DNA from: Mobula hypostoma
Lineage: Eukaryota
Length of the DNA stretch: 64,000 bases
Direction: 5' to 3'
Assembly (NCBI RefSeq): GCF_963921235.1
Contig: NC_086109.1
Span: 21,144,001 to 21,208,000 of the forward strand
Under the pieces are notes generated by a model. It saw only the letters and a program-made list of their open reading frames with translations. It was not told the DNA's origin and ran no database searches. This document shows positions 50,101 to 62,929 of this stretch, piece by piece. How positions within the stretch are numbered: position 1 is the first letter of the stretch; each line of letters starts with the position of its first letter. Both the position numbers and the translations under genes were made by a program.

Positions 50101-52984
50101 GTGAGATCATATAATCATATGTTTATATTTAAATGTGATGTGCATGGCAGGGTGGAGGTCTATCGCTACCAAAGGATATGTCCTTCCCTCCACTAATCTC
50201 CGGGTCACCCTTGGGCAAGGTGGAGCACCTGCTTAGGCCCTCTGATCTGAATGACGTGAAACCATGGGCCAGGTGGTGGATGGTCATATGAGCAGTTGGT
50301 ACATATTGACGCGACCACTGACACCAGTCAGACAATCTCTGAAGAGTATTGATAATGGCTGGGGTCACCTGTCTCGTAAAGACACTGCCCAGAGGAAGGC
50401 AATGGCAAACCACTTCTGTAGAAGAATTTGCCAAGAACAATTATGGTCATGGAAATACCATGATCACCCATGTCACATGACATGGCATGTGATGATGATA
50501 CATATGATAATCATATATTTATGTTTTCCTGTTCTGGACACCTAATCAAGTGGAAATATTTTCTCTTATCTCAAATTTTGGGTGGTTTGCTGGACAGTGT
50601 AGAGAGCCATGGACATTTCCATCCCTAAAACTAACAGGTAGTTAAGAAGTCTCGTGGGATACTTCCTCTGTCGTGCAAAACATAGAATAGCTGAGCAAGG
50701 AGATCATGTTGGATCTCCTTTAAAAACTAGAGAAGCTACATCCGGGTGAATGTGAATGGTTATGGCCAGCAAATTGCAAGAGGGTTGTGACAACACTTGT
50801 ATAGACCCAGAGGAGATCTACAAATATATTGCTAGGGATGGTAGAGTTTATTTATGAGACATATTAGTTGAGCTGGGATTATTTGGCACCAGAGAAGATT
50901 GAGGTAAGATTTAAGTGGTATGTAAAATTATAAGGGGTCCAGCTAATTTGAATAAGAAGGATAAATTTCCTTAGCAAAGGTCAATAAATAGATGGAACAC
51001 AAGCAGAGGAAGGGTTACAGAAGCGATAGAGAAAACATTGTTCACTCTGAAATCGGAACGGAAGTATGGAGCAAGCAGACTCAGTGTTTACAAGTACTTG
51101 GAAGAGCACTTGATGTGTTGTAAGCTATGGAGCAGCAGACCGAGGGCTGGGATGTGGAATCAGTATCAGTCATAGAGACTGGCATGCCCTTGTCGAGTGC
51201 CAACTTGACCATCGTTTGCTTCACACTGAACGTAGAACACCACAGCACACTACAGGCTTTTTTTCTTTTAATTAAGTGTAATCGTGAACAATAGCCAGAT
51301 CAGAAATGCTGATCAAGTCAACTAGTTCCCAAGGAGAAGTCTGATAGGCCAATCAGATAGTTCACTGCTGCTCAGCGATAGTACACACAAAAAAATCATG
51401 TACTCTACAATTAAGAAACATTAAAAAATAGTAGAAATACTGGAGTCACGATAATCATGATGAAGTCTGCTGGAGAGAGACATTTATACACATGCTGTCC
51501 TCCATAATTCAAAGAGATTGAAGGATAAGGTTGCAGGGTGACAAAACGTGGCAGGAGCACTTGGAATAAAAACTAATCCCTACCGGGAGAAAACAGCACC
51601 TGTTCTTTCCACACTGTTCTCCAGCAGTTTAAGGACAAAGTCCAGCCAGAACATAACTCACAAGTGCTCTTGAAAGTCAAGTATTAACCCTACCTACCAA
51701 CAACCAAGCATTGCCATCATGGTCCCCTTCATGATAGTTTATGAAGAAGCATGTGACTTCCCTCCCAGAGATGATAGGTGTTTGTGCACTCGACTCTTGA
51801 AGGCTTGGACTCCATCGTCGCAGATGTTTCCAACCACAGCATCTGGAAGGCTGTTCCAAATTCTGATAGCACAATAAAGGAAGCTTCTATCCAGTGTGTA
51901 GGTTCTCGCATCAGGCATAGAAACAGCATGATGTTGCGCCCATGATGTTGTACCGACCTTTTAATCTACTCCAAGGTCAGTCCAGCCCTTCTCTGCTACA
52001 TAACCCTTCATTTTTCTTTCATCTATGTGCCTATCTAAGAGTCTGTTAAATGCCCCTAATGTATTTGCCTCTACCACTACTCCTGCAGTGTGTACCATGC
52101 CCTGACCACTCTTCTTTCTTAGTTTGTTCTTTGTTGTTATAACACTAAATAAACGGCCGTAACCAGCAAGTTTTATACCTCATACTGGACTTCTGAAGAA
52201 CTGCTGGCTCATGAAATCGGCAAGGATCCAACAAAGGGGTCAGATGGTGGTCAGAGGAGTCTGAGAAAGATTGCAGTGTCCAATGTTTATTTAATTGGGG
52301 GCACAAATATGTGTAATGGGGCCTGATGGTGATGAAAGGCAAAGAAGGTGTCCATTAGCATGTGAACGTGAGAGGGAATAGGGTAGTTAAGGGCCATTTA
52401 GAGGTCAGTAGAGATCCTGTATGAGTGTGAGAGACCAGATTGTGGGAGACGGTGAGTTTTTGTCCAGAGTACTCCTCCTCCTCTTGTTCATAAAGTGATT
52501 CTGCAAAGCCATTTACTTCACGAATTCAGCCTCCCTTGCTGCTTTTCAACATTAAGCACAGAACTGCACAGTGCAGGAACAGGACCTTTGATGTGCAATG
52601 TTGTGGCAAAGTTATTAAGCTAGTAATTAAATGCCTAATCAAACTAATCCTTTCTGCCTTCTCAATGTCCATATCCCCTCATACTCTGCACAATCCTGGG
52701 CCTATCTAAGAGCCTCCTAAATACTTGCCTCCACTGCCACCCCTGCAGTGCATTACAGGGACCCTCCAGTCTCTGTGCAAAAACCCACCCGCACGCACCC
52801 TTCTAACTTGCCCCCTCTCACCTTAAGCGCATGCCTTCTAGTATTAGATATTTTGACCCAGGAACAAGATTTTGGCTGTTTGCTCTGTCCATGCATCTCA
52901 CAATCTTATGATCTTCAGCTGAATCTCAAGGTTGTATATGGTGACAATTACATACTTTGATAATAAATTGTCGACCTGAGGGGG

Positions 52985-53782
52985 AAACCAGAGAAAGAAA
53001 GCCAGTAGGATCAGAGGTGGAGAGGGTTAGCAACTTTAAATTCCTGTGTTACTATTTCAGAGGACATGTCCTGGACTCAGCACGCAAGTGCTATTGCAAG
53101 GAAAGCACGGCAGTGTCTCTACTTCCTCAGGAGTCTGCGGAGATTCGGCGTGACGTCCAAAAGTTTGACAAACTTCTATAGATGTGTAGCGGAGAATGTA
53201 TTGACTGGCTGTATCATGGCCTAGAATGGAAACACCAATGCCTTCGTACAGAAAATTTTACAAAAGGTGGTGTATTCGGCCTAGTACACCACTGGTAACA
53301 CCCTCCCAACCATTGAGCATATCTACATGAAACTGTCATAGGAAAGCAGCATCCATCATCAGAGATCCCCACCACCGAGGTCATGCTCTCTTCTCGCTGC
53401 TGCCATCAGGTAAAAGGTACAAGAGCCTCAGGATCTGCAGCACCAGGTTCAAGAACAGATACTACCCCTCAACCATCAGGCTCTTGAATAGAAGGGGATA
53501 ACTACACTCACGTGCCCCATCATTGAAGCGTTCCCACAACCAATGATCTTACTTTAAGGACTCTCTATCTCATTATCTCATGTTCTTGTTATTTATTGCT
53601 ACTTATTTTTATTTGCATCTGCAGAGTCTGTTGTCTTCTGCACTCTGGTTGATCTTTCATTGATCCTGTTATAGTTACTATTCTATAGATTTGCTGAGTG
53701 TGCCCACGGGAAACTGAAATAAAGCTCAGGGTTGTATGTGGTCACATATATGCACTTTGATAATAATTTTACTTTGACTTTG
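52985..53782 (+). mobile_element. Rex1/Babar-like LINE 3' fragment
   Basis: GSEVERVSNFKFL...; the reverse complement is highly similar to 18710-19325. Confidence 0.85.
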
Positions 53783-54266
53783 ACCTAGCCATGTTTTCTA
53801 AATGCTGGGAAGTGAGGATGTGATTCAGGTGAACTGCAGTTCTCCATTTCACTTTGAACTGCAGGTTCTCCATGTGTGGCCTTGTATTTTCCCCTGCTGG
53901 GTGGCACCTGTCTCTAGATTAGCAAAATGGAAGGTCTGGAAGCAGTTTGGGTGTTAAACCCCATCTGTGGAAACATCCAATGGGCTCAAAAGTGAGATTG
54001 CATGAACTTTCTCCTTATGATCTCCAAGAGATTTGATTTGGTTCTGAAATGCGCCTTTCTTTTCATTCATGAGTAAATCGTCAGCATATCAGCCCTTCCA
54101 TTCTCTCAGCTGTGATCTAGCTGGTTGCATTCTTTCCTTTGCTAAGGGTTCACTTCCCCTCACAGAGATCAGGCCCTTAATCCAGGTTGGTGCTTCTGCG
54201 CAGTTCCAAAGGAGTGCTGAGCTGTGTCTGTTACCAGAGCCCGGCACTGGGACCAGAGGTGGCTGA

Positions 54267-54518
<252 letters not shown>

Positions 54519-57081
54519 TAGTACCTTCATGGTCAGACCTTGTCCCTATATCTGTTACCTCCTATAAGTTCATAACCCTGCCCAATCTCTACACCCCTCC
54601 ACTTCTGACCTCGTGTGCAATCCCAATTTTAATCATCTTTCCTTTGCCAGCTTTAGCTGATCTGATATAAAATTAATCTCAAATCTGATCTAAATTGGAC
54701 TTTGATCTGGAATATTTGCAATAAATCTTTAGGCCTCTCTGAGGATACCCTTCTAAGTTTAACCTCCTCCATTGAGATTGGGAGTAAACCAGGAAGTTAG
54801 CTTGGAATGAAGGCTTAGGCCTTATTGATGAATTTAGGGAGAGCTCCTCTGCTTTACAGTTACTCACCTGAAGCGAGTAATCATTTCTGGACCATAAAAT
54901 CCCGGGAGATATGTTCTGATTTAAAGCTGAGAGTGAGACTGTAATCAGTCCTCAGGATTCCTGAACCATGGCAAATTCTTTTGCTGTTAAACATTTCCAG
55001 AAAACTACTTCCACTGAAAAGATTAAATGAAAAATTACACGTTCATTGGCACCCGCCATTTTGTTAAAAGACCCAATTCTTGTTCTACGCCTCATGTTAC
55101 TACATAGAACACATCCAATCATCACTGAGAAGCTCCTAATTAGCACGTTTAATAGTCAATGGCATACCACGGCCGCACCATAGTGTAGCGGTTAGCGCAA
55201 TGCTTTACAATTGGGGTTGGGGTTCAATTCCCGCCACTGTCTGAAAGGAGTTTTTACGTTATCACCGTGACCATATGTGTTCCAGCTTCCTCCCACATTC
55301 CAAGAAAAAGTACGAGTTAGGATTAGTCAATTGTGGGCACGTTGTGTTGGCGCTGGAAGCGTGACTGCCCAGTACAATCCTCGCTGATTTGATTTGATGC
55401 AAACAATGCATTTCACTGTATGTTTTGGTGTACATGTGACAAATGAAGCTTAACTTTATCTTTAAAGATCTTCAGCCATTTGCATGGGATGATTTAAAAT
55501 TTAGCCTGGTTAGTCCTGATGTTTCGTTTTACTCAATATACCAACAAATCCTTTCCTCCCTCAGATGCTGCTCGACGTGTTGAGCCCTTCCAGCAGATGG
55601 TATGTTGCATCAGACTGCAGCAACTGTAGTGTCTTGAGTCTCCTGGTTAAAGTTCTGGCCCCATGGGAAACTAGCCCACTTCGGGTTTAGTAAAATCGAT
55701 TGATGTTCATAGGATCTGGGTTACTGTCCAAGCACTTGTAAAGTTACACTGGTGGGGCAGGAGCACCTCCAGGGAAATCTCCAGTCGAAGTGCTCTGTGC
55801 ACAAACTACTGTGAGACCCAGATTCAAAGGGTAAAACTTAGTTGTTGCTTTTCACTGCATATCAGATGTGGGCTAATGAATCTGCAACACTGAGATAAGA
55901 AATGTTATCCCGAGGTCCGACATTTCAATGCTCAGGGTTCAGAGTTCACAACCCAAGTTGAACCTTGTAGTGCAGCGCTGATGGACTGCGACCCTAATTG
56001 ACCCTAATTGACCCCCAGAGCTGGAGGCCTCAAAAACACTTGTTCTCAAAGTTCAGCGAAATGTTGAAAATCCCATGGTACTATTTGACAGGAGTTCTCT
56101 GGACCAACAACCTTCCCTCAACCCACATTAGCAAAACCAGACCAACAGAACCACAATTATTGGATTTCTAAGTACTTTTTGTTTGTGAGCTGATTTGAGG
56201 AGTTGTGGTTAGACCACACTTAGGTTATTGTGCCATTCTGGAGGATGTGATTGTGCTGGAGAGAGGGTAGAGGAAATTCACCATGATATTGCCTAAATTG
56301 GAGAACTTATGTGAATAGGAGAGATTGGATAGGCTGCAATTATTTTTTCTAGAGAGAAGGAAGCTGAGGATTTATGATGGATTTATATAAAATGATGAGG
56401 GGCTTTGATAATCAGAATCTTTATTCCCAAGGCAGGAATATCAAAAACAAGAGGGCTTAGATTTAAGGTGAGAATAAGAAGATCTTTTGCACAGTAGTTG
56501 AACATCCAATTTGCTGCGGTCTTCCATTGATTCTGTTATGGCTATTATTCTCTAGATTTAATGAGTATACCTGCAAGAAAATAAATTTCAGGGTTGTATA
56601 TGGTGACATTTATGTACTTTGATAATAAATTAACTTTGAACTTTGATTTAAAGTGGAATTGAGGAGGTGATGTGATCACTATGTTTTTGCGACATTTAGA
56701 TAGGCCAATTAAAATAGCAAGGCGTAGAAAACATATAAATCTATTGCAGGCAAATGGGATCGGAGTAGGTTGGCAAAAAGGTTGTCATGAACATGGTGGG
56801 CTGAAGGGCTTATTTTCATGACTCAATCTCATCAGAGACAGCCGCCTTTAAGCCCGATAAGACATCTAACGTCTCCTTTTAACGATACAAGTTCTATCTG
56901 GGTAACATGTAGCCGCGTTGAATTCCCCAAATGCAATGTTCTTTTCCTTAGTAAATGTAGGTGTGCATGATCCTTGGTTAATGTACGGTAGATGGCATGG
57001 TAGCAATTAGCATAATGCTCTTAAGGTGCCAGTGTCCCGGGTTCAATTCCCACCGCTGTCTGCAAGGAGTTTGTATGTTAC

Positions 57082-57600
57082 TAGAACATAGAACATAGAA
57101 TAGTACGGCACAGTACAGGCCCTTTGGCCCACAATGTTGTGCCGACCCTCAAACCCTGCCTCCCATATAAGCCCCCACTTTAAATTCCTCCATATACCTG
57201 TCTAGTAGTCTCTTAAATTTCACTAGTGTATCTGCCTCCACCACTGACTCAGGCAGTGCATTCCACACACCAACCACCCTCTGAGTAAAAAACCTTCCTC
57301 TAATATCCCCCTTGAACTTCCCACCCCTTACCTTAAAGCCATGTCCTCTTGTATTGAGCAGTGGTGCCCTGGGGAAGAGGCGCTGGCTATCGACTCTATC
57401 TATTCCTCGTATTATCTTGTACACCTCTATCATGTCTCCTCTCATCCTCCTTCTCTCCAAAGAGTAAAGCCCTAACTCCCTTAATCTCTGATCATAATGC
57501 ATACTCTCTAAACCAGGCAGCATCCTGGTAAATCTCCTCTGTACCCTTTCCAATGCTTCCACATCCTTCCTATAGTGAGGTGACCAGAACTGGACACAGT
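57082..57600 (-). mobile_element. Young CR1 3' fragment inserted in a V-SINE (56990-57081, 57601-57740)
   Basis: Uninterrupted ORF 57149..57562. Tail tagaacatagaacatagaa. The V domain ggagtttgtatgtt|tctccccgt is split by the insert. Confidence 0.9.
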
Positions 57601-57965
57601 TCTCCCCGTTAATCTGTGGATTTCTTTTGGGTGCTCCGGTATTCCAAAGATGTACAGGTTAGTTGGTTAATTAATCACAGGGATGTAATTGGGTAAAGCG
57701 GGCCTGTTTTACTGGAAGGGCTTGTTACCACACTCTCAATCAAAGCTTCTCATTACTACCATCCGAGAGGAGGAACAGGAGCCTGTAGACCCACAATGAA
57801 TGTTTTATGAACAGCTTCTTCCGCTCCGCCCTCAGATTACTGAATGGTCCACGAGCACCATCTTACTATTCTTCTGTTGCACTATTTATTAATTTTATTT
57901 TTCATTATAACATAGTAATCTTTTTAATGTCTTGCACTGCTGCCACAAAACTACAAATTTCATTG

Positions 57966-59230
57966 CATACAAGATCCTGGGAGGCAGGAATTATGAACAT
58001 TTGGAGAGGCATAATATGATTAGGAATAGTCAGCATGGCTTTGTTAAAGGCAGGTTGGTGCCTTACCAGCCTGACTGAATTTTTTGAGGACGTGACTAAA
58101 CACATTGATGAAGGTAGAGCAGTAGATGTAGTGTATATGGGTTTCAGCAAAGCATTCGATAAGGTACCCTAAGCCAGGCTTATTGAGAAAGTAAGGAGGC
58201 ATGGGATCCAAGGGGACCTTGCTTTGTGGATCCAGAATTGGCTTGCCCATAGAAGGCAAAGAGAGGTTGTAGACATGTCATATCCTGCATGGAGATTGGT
58301 GACCAGTGGTGTGCCTCAGGGATCTGTTCTGGGACCCCTACTCTTCGTGATTTTAATAAATGACCTGGATGAGGAAGTGGAGGAATGGGTTAGTAAATTG
58401 CTAATGACACATAGGTTGGGGGTGTTGTGGATAGTGTGGAGGGCTGTCAAAGGTTACAACGGGACATTGATAGGATGCAGAACTGGGCTGAGAAGTGGTA
58501 GATGGAGTTCCACCCAGATAAGTGTGAGGTGGTTCATTTTGGTTGGTCAGATATGATGGCAGAATATAGTATTAATGCCAGTATAGTATTAATGACTCTT
58601 GGCAGTGTGGAGGATCAGAGGGATCTTGGGGTCTGTATCCATAGGACACTTAAAGCTGCTACACAGGTTGACTCTGTGGTTACAGACCCCACTTGGAGTA
58701 CTGTGCTCAGTTCTGGTCACCTCACTACATGAAGGATGAGGAAACTATAGAAAGGGTGCAGAGGAGATTTACAAGGATGTTGCCTGGATTGGGGAGCATG
58801 CCTTACGAGAACAGGTTATGTGAACTTGGCCTTTTCTCCTTGGAGCGACGGAGGATGAGAGGTGACCTGATAGAGGCGTATAAGATGATGAGAGATATTG
58901 ATTGTGTGGATAGTCAGAGGCTTTTTCCCAGGGCTGAAATGGCTAACACGAGAGGGTACAGTGTTAAGCTGCTTGGAAGTAGGTACAGAGGGGATGTCAG
59001 GGGCAAGGTTTTTTTTTACGCAGAGAGTGGTGAGTGTGTGGAATGGGCTGCCGGTGACAGTGGTGGAGGTGGATACAACAGGGTCTTTTAAGAGACCTAG
59101 ATAGGTACATGGAGCTTAGAAAAATAGAGGGTTGTGGGTAACTCTAGGTAACTTCGAAAGGAAGTGCATGTTCAGCACAGTATTTTGGGCCAAAGGGCCT
59201 GTATTGTGCTGTAGGTTTTCTATGTTTCTA
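57966..59230 (+). mobile_element. CR1 LINE RT to 3' end, inserted in a Rex1-like tail (57745-57965, 59231-59262)
   Basis: [61 protein letters not shown]; tail ttctatgtttcta. Confidence 0.9.
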
Positions 59231-59261
59231 TATCAGTGATAATAAACCTGGTTCTGATTCT

Positions 59262-59900
59262 CAAGTTCGAGGTTATTGTCTTTTCAACCGCATACATGTA
59301 TACTACCAAACGAAACAACACTCCCCTGGACCAAGGTGCACGTCACAGTGCATGTAACTCACACTCTACATGTAGAGTGATATTACCACAAACAAATTAA
59401 CATATGATAAGGTGCATTTATGACACACGTATGTTGACACTTCATATATGGTGAGACCAGAGTGATGACAGGGAGTTCAGCAGTCTCACAACCTGGTGGA
59501 AGAAGCTGCTTCCCTTCCTAACAGCCCTTGTTCTAATGCTATGGTATCTCCTGCTGATGGTAGGGGGTCAAAGAGATTGTTGGTCAGATGGGAGGGATCG
59601 TTGACAATGCTCTGGGCCCTGAGTATACAACACTCCTGGTAAATATCTCGGATGGGTGGAAGAGGGAGCTCAAGGATCCTCTCAGAAGTCCTCACAGTCC
59701 TTTGTAGGGTCTTGCAGTCAGATGTCCTGCAGTTTCTGCTGATGTAGCTGGTTAGGGCACTTTCAATAGCGCTCATGTAAAAATTACTCAGAATGGAGGA
59801 AACGGGTGGGCCTTGCTTGCCTCAACCTCCTCCGGAAATGGAGGCTCGGTTGTACTTTCCTGACTAAATAGATGGTGCTGAGGGATCAGGTGAGATTCTG
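59262..59900 (-). mobile_element. Rex1/Babar-like LINE 3' fragment
   Basis: ORF 59486..59776: SAIESALTSYIS...LQRTVRTSERIL...IVNDPSHLTNNLFDPLPS. Confidence 0.75.
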
Positions 59901-62900
59901 ATGAGAAGTGTCTATTTAAGACTGCACCTACATCCTCTAGCATGGTGTACAGAATGCCACTTCACTATCCAGCAGGTGGATGGTCGTATGTTGACAAGTC
60001 CCCACTGGAAGTCAGTTTTGAGTGCAACAATTTCCTTGAAAACGCAGCAAGGCTTGGTATTTAGTGTAAGCAGTGTGTTGAATGAGAATGCAGAGAAAGT
60101 GGAGGAGCCTGGCAAACGATACAGTCTTAGTGTTTGCTATTTTAATACGTTGTTTCAGGAGATCTGAAGCTAGTGAATTCTGATTGTTCTTGGTGTAAAC
60201 AAGACTCACATCTGTGATTTGTCTTCCATTCAGATCTCTTGTGCTTTCTGCATGGAGTTTGCACAATTTCCCCTGTGGGCACCTGGGTTTCCTCTGGGTA
60301 CTTCAGATTCCTCAAGTGTCCCAAAGCTGTGCAGGTCAGTAAGTTAATTGGACACTGGAAATTTATTCTAGTGTGTAGAACAGCACTAAAATCTGGGGGC
60401 AGCTGATGGAAGGTTAGCGAGAATACAGTGGATTAGTATTGTCCTAACGAAGGGTCTGGGCCTGAAATGTCCACTGTTTTACTCTTTTCCAAATCTGCTG
60501 TCTGGCCTGCTGAGTTCACCCAGCATTTTGTGTGTGTTGCTGAGTGTCATCTAAAAATGGGAGTTTGATGGTCAATATGGATGGTGGGCAAATGGTCAGT
60601 TTCCGTTATTGACTTTGAGTCAATGACTAAGATGCTGAGGCAAGGCAAGTCATGTTTTATGGTTGCCATTGATTCTTAGTCAGCCTTTGGTGTGTACAGA
60701 GGCTGTAATTTCAAAAAGGTGTTATGGCATGGTATTTCAATTACTGGATTGACCTTCAGTGGAGTGGAGCATTGATCGAAAGACGTGAGTTCAAATCCCA
60801 CCACGACTTCTGGGAATTTAAGTTCAAGTAGGCAAATGAATCTGGAATGAAAATACTGCAAACAGTAATGATGATTGTGAAACTATATTGGTAATTGATA
60901 GTCACGTACTGAGATACAGCATAAAACTGTTTATATGCCATCCATACAGATTATTCTAAAATATAGGTACATCGAGGCAATACAAAAACAGAATGGTGTT
61001 ATAATTGCAGAGAAAGTGCAGGTATATGGTAAGGTGCAAAAATCATGAAGCACTTGTTTGAGAGATCAAGAATTCATCTTTATCATACAGTACATTAGAT
61101 GTATTCAAGTGTCTTATAACAGCAGTATAGAACTTTTTCTTGAGCCTAGTGGTGCATACTTTCAAATTTCATAATGTATGTGAGTGATGATTAACCAGAT
61201 TCTGATATGGGTCTCTTTTGTGGACTGAGAGTGGGAAGAGGCCAGGGAGAAGGGAATCATGGTTGGGTAAAGGGGAAGAGAAAGGGGAGGGAGCAGGAAG
61301 AACCAGAGAAATATTCTGTAATGATCAATAAACCAATTGTTTGACATCAATTGACCTTGCCTGGTACCTCAGGTCTAGGTGTATCTGTACCCGTGCCATC
61401 TCTGCCCCTGGCACTCCTTCTCTGCCACCTGTCCCACACCCCTCCCGTGGTGTTCCACCCCCGCCATTCCCAACATCCTTGACTCTTGACAGATTTACAA
61501 ACTCACTTTCTGCTCCACCTTGACAAGCTGTCTTAGGCACCCTAGCTATATATTTGTGCCTAAGACTTTTGCACAGTACTGTAATTGACATTGTCAGTGA
61601 TATCTATATCCTGTGAATGCATAAATGAAAGAAAAAGGCTGGTAGACTACCAATTTGATGTTTTTTCCCCCCTGATTCTCAGCAGGGTCTGTCTCATGGG
61701 CACTGCTTCATACACTGCCCATGTCGTTGCACGTGCAAACCATGACAATAATGGGAATAAGCATGATATACCTCCCCAGTACTCCAGTTGCATCAAAATC
61801 ATCTCCATCTCGTCCCTTCCTAACAGGACCGGTTTAGACAATTATACCACTTCAAATAATCTGCCACATTGAATGTGGAAAACATTTACTGGACTGTATT
61901 TCTGGGTGCTAGCCAGAATGGTAAATTGTACAAATGTGATGTAATGAATTGAGGAAAGTTCCTTCATTCTTCAGTTAGAATTATGTATTCTGCTGGTTAT
62001 ATCTGAACCAACACCAAATTCTGCTCACTGTCTCCCCTATAACATGGCATGGTCTTTCAATCCAGCAATATCTCCAGTTTACATTCTCAGCTTTATTCTC
62101 AAGACCTTTTCTCTTCTCGAATTTAATGATATCCACAAATGCTGAAATCTCCTCACTCCCCCTATTCTGACCACGTCTCCTCCAGAAATAGCCTATGATC
62201 CGTGTTGAACTTCCCTGCTCCTTTAAGGTGCCTGAGGGATCACCCTCGTTAACTTCTCATTATTGTGTGAAATTTTAATTGCTAATGGCTCCCGTGAAAG
62301 GTCTGCAGATGTTTAGCATGTTAAAGCCATGATAAAACAAAAACGTGTTTTTGGCTGTGGAAAAATTGCGTTGCAATGCATTAAACTGGGAGAAATATAT
62401 TGGTAGAGAGCCAAACACAGTGAAGGATATATTGAAGGACAATCTGAAGGGCAAGCTTTTCAATCTTCCATCTCCTTGATGTAACAAGATAATGCGCTGA
62501 GTGGCTGCTAATGGTATTTAATCAGATCTCAGTCGGTTTGACATTTCCACCCCAGATCCAAGTCTTTTAGTGCAGACATACCAGTCATTCCCTCTGGGAA
62601 TCACGGATTCATACTGCGTAGAAGGAAGTTATTCTGCTTTTAATAAAAACAGAAAATGTTTTAAAAATACTCAGCAGGTCAGGCAGCATCTCAGGAGTGA
62701 GAAGCTATTAGTATTTCAGGTCAAAGACCCTTAATCAGAACTGAGGAAGAGAGGGAGCAACACACACAAATGCTGGAGGAATTCAGCAGGCCAGGCAGCA
62801 TCTATGGAAAAAAGTACAGTAAAATGTTTCGGGCCGAAACCTTTCAGCAGGACTGGAAAAGCTTCTCATCTTTTTTTCTCTGGTCCTGCTGAAGGGTCTT

Positions 62901-62929
62901 GGCCCAAAACATTTTATGTACGTTTTTTA

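Noticed and set aside
55990..56016. gaccctaattgaccctaattgacccc short tandem repeat
   Set aside because: A 10-bp slippage duplication with no further structure.
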